Under the pieces are notes generated by a model. That model worked only from the letters and a program-made list of their open reading frames with translations, was not told the DNA's origin and did no database searches. A stretch of DNA of 32,000 bases from Crocosphaera subtropica ATCC 51142 (GTDB taxonomy: Bacteria > Cyanobacteriota > Cyanobacteriia > Cyanobacteriales > Microcystaceae), in the NCBI RefSeq assembly GCF_000017845.1, contig NC_010546.1, positions 2,400,001 to 2,432,000 of the forward strand. Reading direction: 5' to 3'. Made by a program: the position numbers and the translations under genes. Numbering within the stretch: position 1 is the stretch's first letter; each line of letters begins with the position of its first letter. This document shows positions 25,242-32,000 of this stretch, piece after piece.

Positions 25242-26189
25242 TTACAGAGTAGAAAACTCTCCTAAAATCTTAACCTCTGGTTCGAGTAATAAAGACCAAT
25301 GACCCTGAACTTTTTCTTGAACATGATGAATGAGTCGAAAAATATCTTGTGCTTTAGCCTGACCGCAATTTAAGATAAAATTCGCATGACGTTGGGACAC
25401 CTCTGCATCTCCCACTCGATACCCTTTTAACCCTAACTGTTCAATTAGCCAACCGGCAGCATAAGGGGTTGGGTTACGGAAAACACTGCCACAACTGGGT
25501 TTATCGTAGGGTTGAGAACTTTTACGCTTCCAAAGATTGTCCTGTGTGGTGGCGGTCACTGCTTCACGGCTAAACCCAGGTTGCAGTTGAAAAGTAGCTT
25601 CTATGACCAACCGTTGACCTCCCTGTAACGCAGAGGTGCGATAACTGTAGTTTAAGTCTTCTGGTGTTAAGGTTTCCACCTTGCCATCTGGGGACACCAC
25701 CACGGCACTGACTAAACAGTCAGCAGCACATTGGTTATGCGCTCCTGCATTCATCACTACTGCCCCACCAACAGTCCCAGGGATACCCACAGCCCATTCT
25801 AAGCCACGCCAGCCCCGTTTTGCTGCTTGCCAAGCCACACTCACGATGGGTTGTCCGGCTGCTACGGTAATGCGTCCTGTTTCTTCATCAAAGCGACGAT
25901 GACGGAGATAACGGGTACTCAAGACTAACCCTTCAATGCCACGATCGCTGATTAATAGATTTGATCCTGCTCCTAATAACATTAAGGGCATATCTTGTTT
26001 TTGAAACCATTCAAAGGTTCCTTGTAACTCATCCCAGTTACGAGGAGCAGCATACCATCGGGCTTGTCCCCCAACTCGATAGGAGGTATGAGGGGCAAGA
26101 GAAACGTTGGGATAGATTTTTCCTGTGGTTCCTGATAGTTCGACGGGTTTAGATGAAGGGGAAAAAGCGGTGGTCATGGCTATTTGCAC
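25242..26189 (-). CDS. murB: UDP-N-acetylenolpyruvoylglucosamine reductase
   Basis: 315 aa. FAD-binding domain motifs LAPHTSYRVGGQARWY, LLGAGSNLLISD and GIPGTVGGAVVMNAGA. C-terminal GSVFRNP...AGWLIEQLGLKG. The track start is GTG at 26189, and ATG at 26177 is an equally plausible start. Confidence 0.9.
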   Translation of the reverse strand: MQIAMTTAFSPSSKPVELSGTTGKIYPNVSLAPHTSYRVGGQARWYAAPRNWDELQGTFEWFQKQDMPLMLLGAGSNLLISDRGIEGLVLSTRYLRHRRFDEETGRITVAAGQPIVSVAWQAAKRGWRGLEWAVGIPGTVGGAVVMNAGAHNQCAADCLVSAVVVSPDGKVETLTPEDLNYSYRTSALQGGQRLVIEATFQLQPGFSREAVTATTQDNLWKRKSSQPYDKPSCGSVFRNPTPYAAGWLIEQLGLKGYRVGDAEVSQRHANFILNCGQAKAQDIFRLIHHVQEKVQGHWSLLLEPEVKILGEFSTL

Positions 26190-26323
26190 TCTGAGGGTAA
26201 TCTGAGAAAGACGACTGTAGGTTAAACTAATTGTTCCTGAATTTTGCCAAAAATTTAGGATGATTAGCTGTTTTGTGACTTATTAGGTTGTTTTTACCGT
26301 GAAAAATTATCACTCATCTGTAA

Positions 26324-27880
26324 TCAACAATTAATTGAAGTTTCAACCATAGCATTGGCTGTTGACTGTGTTGAAGCTGTGTGATAGGTGTTAATCATTT
26401 CAGGAATAATCTGATTTAGATTTCCTGCCCCTAAAAACAGCACTAAATCACCAGGTTTGATTAAATCAGGGATCACTTGGGGTAAACCCTTGAGGGAAGG
26501 TTCGTAAATCACCTGAGAATGGTTATTTTCTACTGCTTCGGCTAAATCTTGGCCACTGATATTGTGTAGGTTGACTTCTCCAGCACTATAAATATCGGTC
26601 AAAATCACTAAATCTGCATCCTTGAAACAAGTAGCAAATTCCTTTAAAAAGGTGGCTGTGCGACTATAGCGGTGAGGCTGGAAAATAGCGACGACACGGG
26701 AAATAGTTTCACCATCTACTTTAGACCGAGCGGCCGAGAGGGTGGCTTCAATTTCACTGGGATGATGGGCATAATCATCAATAAAGGTAATGCCATTACA
26801 CTGGCCACGCTGTTCAAACCGTCGTTTGGCTCCTGCGAAGGTAAAAAGTGCATCCGCAATGACAGCAAAGTTTAACCCTAATTTCCGTCCCACGGCGATC
26901 GCAGCTAAAGCATTACTGAGGTTATGGCTTCCTGGAATGGTAAGGCGTATTTCCCCTAAATAGTTTCCTCGTTCCCAAACTTCAGCAAAGGTTCCTTTGT
27001 GGTTGCTAGTCACATTTTGAACAGTATAGTCGGCTCCTTTACTGGGGTCTAAACTATAAGTGATAGCAGGGGTTAATTCACTAGCGACTGTCTCACAGTC
27101 TAAACAGCCAATTAATAGATCGCACTGGGTTTCAAAAATTTGAAAGGTTTTGACCACATCATCGAGGGTTTGATAATGGTCAGGGTGATCCAGTTCAATA
27201 TTGGTAACAATGCCAATGTTGGGATAGTGTTTGGTGAGAGAACCATCGGACTCATCCGCTTCTGCTACGAGATAACCCCCTTTAGCTCCAATACGAGCAT
27301 TTCCTTCCCAAGCATCCACTTCTCCTCCCACAATGATCGTCGGATCAAGGTCTGCTTTGAGCAGCATATAACCAATTAAACTGCTGGTGGTGGTTTTACC
27401 GTGGGTTCCAGCTACAGCAATGCTTTGATAGTCCCGAATTAAAGCAGCTAAGACATCGGAACGATGAAAAATAGGACATCCCTTTTCTTTGGCTGCAGCA
27501 TATTCTGAGTTGTTATGGGCGATCGCTGTTGAACAGATGACTTGAGGTAAGGTTTCTTGAAGCAATAAGCTAGGGGAGTCAGAGAAAGTTTTCCCATTAC
27601 CATTGGGGTAGGATGGTTGAGTCCCATTCACCGCCACCGATACGGTTTCTAAGACTCGTTCTGGACTCGAATTAAATAATTCTAGGTTAGTTGCTTCTTG
27701 GCGACTAAAAATATGCGCTCCTACCCCTTGTAATCGTTCGGTAATATGGGTTGAACGCAAATCAGACCCCGATACGGGTAATTGCCGTTTCGCTAAGACA
27801 TAGGCTAAGGCTGACATTCCAATGCCACCAATGCCAATAAAATGAAAGGGTCGTCCACTAAAATCTACGGTTTTCACCAT
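26324..27880 (-). CDS. murC: UDP-N-acetylmuramate--L-alanine ligase
   Basis: 518 aa. Motifs: FHFIGIGGIGMSALA, the P-loop AVAGTHGKTTTSS, EADESDGS and DDYAHHPSEI. It lies directly upstream of murB on the same strand. Confidence 0.9.
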   Translation of the reverse strand: MVKTVDFSGRPFHFIGIGGIGMSALAYVLAKRQLPVSGSDLRSTHITERLQGVGAHIFSRQEATNLELFNSSPERVLETVSVAVNGTQPSYPNGNGKTFSDSPSLLLQETLPQVICSTAIAHNNSEYAAAKEKGCPIFHRSDVLAALIRDYQSIAVAGTHGKTTTSSLIGYMLLKADLDPTIIVGGEVDAWEGNARIGAKGGYLVAEADESDGSLTKHYPNIGIVTNIELDHPDHYQTLDDVVKTFQIFETQCDLLIGCLDCETVASELTPAITYSLDPSKGADYTVQNVTSNHKGTFAEVWERGNYLGEIRLTIPGSHNLSNALAAIAVGRKLGLNFAVIADALFTFAGAKRRFEQRGQCNGITFIDDYAHHPSEIEATLSAARSKVDGETISRVVAIFQPHRYSRTATFLKEFATCFKDADLVILTDIYSAGEVNLHNISGQDLAEAVENNHSQVIYEPSLKGLPQVIPDLIKPGDLVLFLGAGNLNQIIPEMINTYHTASTQSTANAMVETSINC

Positions 27881-28171
27881 TACCTCTCCTCACACACCAC
27901 ACAACAAATAGTTAAATCAATGGATTATGATTTTACGGGCTATGATATCAAAAACTGACTCGTTGGTCATTAAGACATTTATGTTCAGTATGTACCACAT
28001 CACACTATTTTGAACCCACTTCCTTGTAAAGAGTTCCCTACTTAGCTAAGCAGACACGATAAATCAGTTATATCTCTTATTAGTCAAGACAAAATCTATC
28101 GAAAGGATGACAAACTTAAAGAACTAAGGGTTTACTAGAGTATATTCTTTGGTTAAACATTTTGGGAAAAT

Positions 28172-29314
28172 TTGGGAAAATTGTTTTTACAATCGATTAA
28201 GAATCTTAAAAAGTGTTTACGCACCTGTCAGTTAATGGCAGTTTTTTCCTTGCTTCTCTCTTCAACGGTGGGTTGTAACCTAGACCATAAGCAACCTAAC
28301 TTGAGAATTAATCAGGCTCCTATTTTAGAGTCTTCTACCTATCAACAATGTCAACCTTTCGATGTTGATCATCTATCCCATCAGGGAACAGCCACCCAAC
28401 CCTGGCAAATTGCTTATTTGTTCAAAACTAGAAGCGATCCTTTTTGGCAACAAATGGAACAAGGAGTCCAAACCGTTGCCCAAGAATTGGGCATTAAAAC
28501 CCTTGTTAAATTTACAGAAGAAAAACCGAATACATTAGGGGATGTTAAAAAGCAAATTAGTACCATTTTAGAGCTAATTGATAATAATGATTTGGATGGT
28601 TTAGTCATTGCCCCTGAAGATTCGATTCAGTTAGTTCCTATTATTGAAAAGGCAACACAACAAGGCATCAAAGTGATTGTGATTGATACGCCTATCGACA
28701 CAGATCAAATTTTAACTTTTGTTACCTTTGATAATTTTGAGGGGGGTCAAATCCTTGGGGAATGGGTAATACAAAAGTTAACTCAATCTTCTAGAAGAAA
28801 TAACAAGATTAACATTTTAATTTTAGAAGGTTCATTACATGAAGAAAATACCATCGAACGTCGACAAGGCTTTTTAGAAGGACTAAAAAGAGCGAATAAA
28901 AATTATAGTTTGGAGATTTTGGACTTAAAATCTGCTGATTGGGAAACCAAAAAAGCTAAAATGATTACTCAAGCTTGGTTAGAGAAGTTTCCAACTATTG
29001 ATGTGATTATGGCTGCGGATGATCAAATGGCAGTGGGAGCCAGTGAAGCAGTTCAAGAAGCTAATAAATCAGGAATTATTATTACTGGATTTGATGGAAC
29101 TCCCTATGGTTTAAATGCTATTAAAACTGGACAAATTGATGCAACTATTAATCAACTTCCTAGAACTCAAATTAGTTTAATTACTCAATTAATGATTAAT
29201 TCTCTAGAAAAAGAACAAACAACACTTCCCTTATGTCAACTGATTGGACAAGAACAAACTGAGAATTCTTTGTTAATTACACAAGATAATATTAATGAAG
29301 CTTTAAACCCATGA
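28172..29314 (+). CDS. periplasmic sugar-binding protein (type I PBP, RbsB/LacI-fold), probable lipoprotein
   Basis: 380 aa. A basic N-region is followed by LMAVFSLLLSSTVGC (lipobox-like TVGC). PBP-fold segments are IAYLFKTRSDPFWQQMEQG, DGLVIAPEDS, VIVIDTPI, ADDQMAVGASEAV and ITGFDGTP. The start is uncertain: TTG at 28172 lies inside a tandem 10-mer, and an alternative ATG lies at 28235. There is no adjacent permease or ATPase gene. Confidence 0.75.
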   Translation: MGKLFLQSIKNLKKCLRTCQLMAVFSLLLSSTVGCNLDHKQPNLRINQAPILESSTYQQCQPFDVDHLSHQGTATQPWQIAYLFKTRSDPFWQQMEQGVQTVAQELGIKTLVKFTEEKPNTLGDVKKQISTILELIDNNDLDGLVIAPEDSIQLVPIIEKATQQGIKVIVIDTPIDTDQILTFVTFDNFEGGQILGEWVIQKLTQSSRRNNKINILILEGSLHEENTIERRQGFLEGLKRANKNYSLEILDLKSADWETKKAKMITQAWLEKFPTIDVIMAADDQMAVGASEAVQEANKSGIIITGFDGTPYGLNAIKTGQIDATINQLPRTQISLITQLMINSLEKEQTTLPLCQLIGQEQTENSLLITQDNINEALNP

Positions 29315-31857
29315 AAGACAAGCAATCTCTTCTCAAAAAAATTAGCCATCGGATAATTCTCTTGAGTGCCATTAGTCTTATTGGTTTTATTAATAGTATT
29401 GTTATTAGTTATATTTTAGTTACCAAGCAAATTGAGAAAAGTCTTGAACAAATCAGTGAACAAAAAATTAGCACGTTTCAACTTTTTTTTGAGACTCTAA
29501 CCACTAATGTTTTAAGAAACCGCATTTTAGCCCATAATGCTACTCAAGCACAAAAAGAAGAATTATTACGTCAAATTCGTTGGCGCAATCCTGCTATTTT
29601 AGATGTCTTATTAGTAGAAAATAACGGCCAAGTTGTTGCCCAAAGTAGTCGTAGTCTTCGACCTCAAATTAATCATATTACTCAACAACCTTGGTTATCC
29701 GAACTCCAAGATATAACCCAGGTTTGGTTTGGTTTAGTTACCTATGAACTCAATAATTATTCAGTGACAATGGTGGTTAAACTAACCGATAAATTAGGAC
29801 TCCCTTATGATAATTTGAATTTAGTGACTCGTATTGATTTAACGGAACTGTTACGACAATTAGTTAATCAGCAAGCTGGAGATAATAATATCTATATTAT
29901 CGATCAGTCCCAACAAGTACAAAGGATTATTGTTCATCAAGATATTAGTTTATTAAATAATAAGAATATCAATACTCATCAAATTGATTGGAATCATTTA
30001 GAGGAGTTGAATATTGAGATATCTCCTAGTGAAGAATTAGTTTTTGCTTATCATAAAAGATTTGATGTTTCTGTTTCTGAACCCTGGCTGAAATCGTTAC
30101 AAAATCTAGTTTGGATTGTGACGATAGAACAACCTTTATTAGAAACGATTTTACCATTTCTTCCTCTTTTCCTAATCTTAATTATTATATTATTTATTGT
30201 TATCGTGATAGTCTTTAAGATTATTCGTTTTCTTAAATTCCGTGTCATTACACCTATCAAAAATTTGCAAGTGGCCGTACATCAAATTAATAATAATCAG
30301 TTTGATTTACAGCTTAATATTGATACTAATGACGAATTACAAGAATTATCCGATGGTTTTAAGGAAATGGCACAAGCCTTAAAAAATTCTTTTGCAACTT
30401 TAGAAAAAAAGGTAAAAGAAAGAACAAAACAACTGGAAAAAGCCAATCAAGCTAAACGAGAATTCTTAGGTAATATTAACCACGAATTAAGAACCCCTTT
30501 AAATCTAATTATTGGCTATATCGATAGACTTTATCAAGATGGTTATTTGAATAATGAGCAAAAAAAACAATTAGATATTATTGATCGTAATAGTCAACAT
30601 CTTTTATCTTTAATCAACCAAATTTTAGATATTTCTAAGATTGAATCAGGTCATATTACCTTACAAGAAAATAGTTTTAATTTATCCCAACTCTTAACTA
30701 ATTTACAAGAAGTATTTAACCTAAGCTGCTATTCAAAAGGGTTAAACTTGATCCTAGAAAATAAAATTGAAGACAAATTAAACTATATTTATGCCGATAA
30801 AAATAAACTTAAACAAATTTTAATTAACCTATTACATAATGCTGTTAAATTTACTGATAAAGGAATGATAAAAATCTCAGCCGAAGTTAGTAATCATAGA
30901 TCATTGCATTATTCTAAGAATCAACCAAACTATACTCTTAGAATACAAGTAAAAGACACAGGAAAAGGGATTGCGAGGGAGGAAATATCTCAATTATTTA
31001 AAGCTTTTGAACAAACGCAAACAGGACGAAACTTAAATCAAGGAACTGGACTCGGACTTTATATTAGTCATCAATTCATTAAATTAATGGGAGGAAACAT
31101 AACTGTTGAAAGTTCTCCCCATAGTGGCACAACTTTTACCCTAGAAATTCCTGTGAAATTAAGTCAAAAAGATTTAATTCTATCTCAACCAACGGTCAAA
31201 AAAGTAATTGGTTTAGCCAATCATCAAACCCATTATCGCATTTTGGTGGTTGATGACGATCTAGAAAGTCGTGATTTATTAGTTAATATGTTATTATCTG
31301 TCGGATTATCAGTACAAGCAGCTAATAATGGACAAGAAGCCATTTCCTTGTGGCAACAGTGGCAACCTCATCTAATTTGGATGGACTTACAAATGCCTAT
31401 TATAGATGGCTGTAAGGCTACTCAACACATCAAAAAAGCCAGCCATAGTCAATTTCCTTATATTATTCTTGTAACGGCTGATGCCTCTGAAACGGTACGG
31501 AAAAAAGCCTTATTCTGTGGATGTGATGACTTTGTAGCCAAACCCTATCATGGGGCAATTATTTGGGAAAAAATGACCCAGTATTTAGGGTTACAATATA
31601 TTTATGAGCAAGACAAGGATCAAGATCAGACCCCTTCTTTTCCTGATATTAATTCTGTTGATTTAGTAGGAATCCCTCGTGAGTGGTTAAGTCAAATTTA
31701 TCAAGCCAGTCTTCATCTTCAAGGAAAAAAAGTGTTAGCTTTAATTCAAGAAATTGCTAAGTCTCATCCTATTCTCGCTCAATATTTAACTCAATTAGCT
31801 GAAGGTTATCAATTTGAAAAAATCATCAATTTACTTGAAGACTATTACTCAAATTGA
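29311..31857 (+). CDS. hybrid sensor histidine kinase (periplasmic sensor, TM, HAMP, HisKA, HATPase, REC, C-terminal extension)
   Basis: 848 aa. The ATG overlaps the PBP stop (ATGA at 29311-29314). TM1 is ILLSAISLIGFINSIVISYIL and TM2 is FLPLFLILIIILFIVIVIVF. The H-box is FLGNINHELRTPLN. N and G boxes are NLLHNAVKFT, DTGKGI and GTGLGL. REC motifs are ILVVDDD...IWMDLQMP. Confidence 0.85.
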   Translation: MKDKQSLLKKISHRIILLSAISLIGFINSIVISYILVTKQIEKSLEQISEQKISTFQLFFETLTTNVLRNRILAHNATQAQKEELLRQIRWRNPAILDVLLVENNGQVVAQSSRSLRPQINHITQQPWLSELQDITQVWFGLVTYELNNYSVTMVVKLTDKLGLPYDNLNLVTRIDLTELLRQLVNQQAGDNNIYIIDQSQQVQRIIVHQDISLLNNKNINTHQIDWNHLEELNIEISPSEELVFAYHKRFDVSVSEPWLKSLQNLVWIVTIEQPLLETILPFLPLFLILIIILFIVIVIVFKIIRFLKFRVITPIKNLQVAVHQINNNQFDLQLNIDTNDELQELSDGFKEMAQALKNSFATLEKKVKERTKQLEKANQAKREFLGNINHELRTPLNLIIGYIDRLYQDGYLNNEQKKQLDIIDRNSQHLLSLINQILDISKIESGHITLQENSFNLSQLLTNLQEVFNLSCYSKGLNLILENKIEDKLNYIYADKNKLKQILINLLHNAVKFTDKGMIKISAEVSNHRSLHYSKNQPNYTLRIQVKDTGKGIAREEISQLFKAFEQTQTGRNLNQGTGLGLYISHQFIKLMGGNITVESSPHSGTTFTLEIPVKLSQKDLILSQPTVKKVIGLANHQTHYRILVVDDDLESRDLLVNMLLSVGLSVQAANNGQEAISLWQQWQPHLIWMDLQMPIIDGCKATQHIKKASHSQFPYIILVTADASETVRKKALFCGCDDFVAKPYHGAIIWEKMTQYLGLQYIYEQDKDQDQTPSFPDINSVDLVGIPREWLSQIYQASLHLQGKKVLALIQEIAKSHPILAQYLTQLAEGYQFEKIINLLEDYYSN

Positions 31858-31873
31858 TCAATAATAAATTTTT

Positions 31874-32000
31874 ATGATGTCTAACTTATCTACTCCTCAA
31901 AATAGTTCGATCATTATGGTGATTGACGATCATGTCGATAATTTAAAATTATTATCGGATATGCTAGATGAACAAGGGTATGAAGTGCGCCAATCCCTGA
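31874..32000 (+). CDS. response regulator receiver protein, N-terminal fragment (runs off the window)
   Basis: ATGATG at 31874-31879 followed by an open frame: MMSNLSTPQNSSIIMVIDDHVDNLKLLSDMLDEQGYEVRQSL. The IMVIDD...L..L motif is typical of the start of a REC domain. Confidence 0.55.
   Translation, partial: MMSNLSTPQNSSIIMVIDDHVDNLKLLSDMLDEQGYEVRQSL

Noticed and set aside
28041-28050. Perfect 10-bp palindrome CTTAGCTAAG in the divergent murC / sugar-binding-protein intergenic region, considered as a possible operator.
   Set aside because: About 30 perfect 10-bp palindromes are expected by chance in a 32-kb window, and there is no second half-site or repeat.
28161-28180. Perfect tandem duplication TTTGGGAAAA x2 overlapping the predicted TTG start of the binding-protein gene.
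   Set aside because: Only two copies of a 10-mer are present, which is too short to call a functional repeat. It mainly makes the start-codon choice uncertain (the alternative is ATG at 28235).
1-32000. Search for CRISPR arrays, rRNA genes, tRNA genes, group I/II introns, retrons or reverse transcriptases, and toxin-antitoxin pairs.
   Set aside because: I saw no regularly spaced direct repeats of 24-40 nt, no T-loop or acceptor-stem signatures in intergenic regions, no RT motifs (YxDD) in any long ORF and no small adjacent ORF pairs. This was by-eye scanning only, so short or degenerate elements could have been missed.

Overview
The window looks like a cyanobacterial chromosomal segment. The 8-mer GCGATCGC (HIP1) occurs at least 13 times, an ldpA-like clock-input gene is present, and heptamer repeats of the STRR type follow several genes. 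Composition resembles the Crocosphaera/Cyanothece type, but the genus is not determinable here. I support about 26 CDS.

Gene content, left to right:
- ldpA (partial), a small membrane protein and a CaCA Na+/Ca2+ antiporter.
- An operon-like block of parvulin-type PPIase, a 997-aa ABC exporter (cNMP-like domain plus C39-like domain), a HlyD-type adaptor, and a SucC-like/SucD-like pair.
- hom and a LysM/M23 peptidase.
- A minus-strand glycan block: galE, GT4, GT2 and an orphan 358-aa protein. The last two genes are strongly AT-rich.
- A divergent NarL-type regulator and a multi-TM/GAF histidine kinase.
- A DUF1963-like protein.
- A complete IS200/IS605-type element with divergent tnpA and tnpB.
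- A small conserved protein, then murB and murC.
- A periplasmic sugar-binding protein overlapping a hybrid histidine kinase by 4 nt, followed by a partial response regulator.

I found no rRNA, tRNA or CRISPR array by eye.

Most interesting observations:
1. The exporter operon is coupled to a succinyl-CoA-synthetase-like pair whose catalytic signatures appear lost. The phosphohistidine position reads Asp, and glycine motifs are replaced in both subunits.
2. The exporter's own N-terminal domains look regulatory or dead. The cNMP phosphate-binding Arg is absent, and the C39 catalytic Cys and His are absent.
3. A 193-bp element with inverted-repeat ends sits exactly between the SucC-like and SucD-like genes. 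It shares a 41-nt module (39/41 identical) with the tnpB 3' end and right end of the IS element 12 kb away, which is where a TnpB omega RNA scaffold is expected.
4. The orphan 358-aa protein in the AT-rich island carries the E-E-G and H-P motif pair, in the order and spacing known for bacterial sialyltransferases.

All product calls come from motif and architecture recognition by eye. No database search was run.
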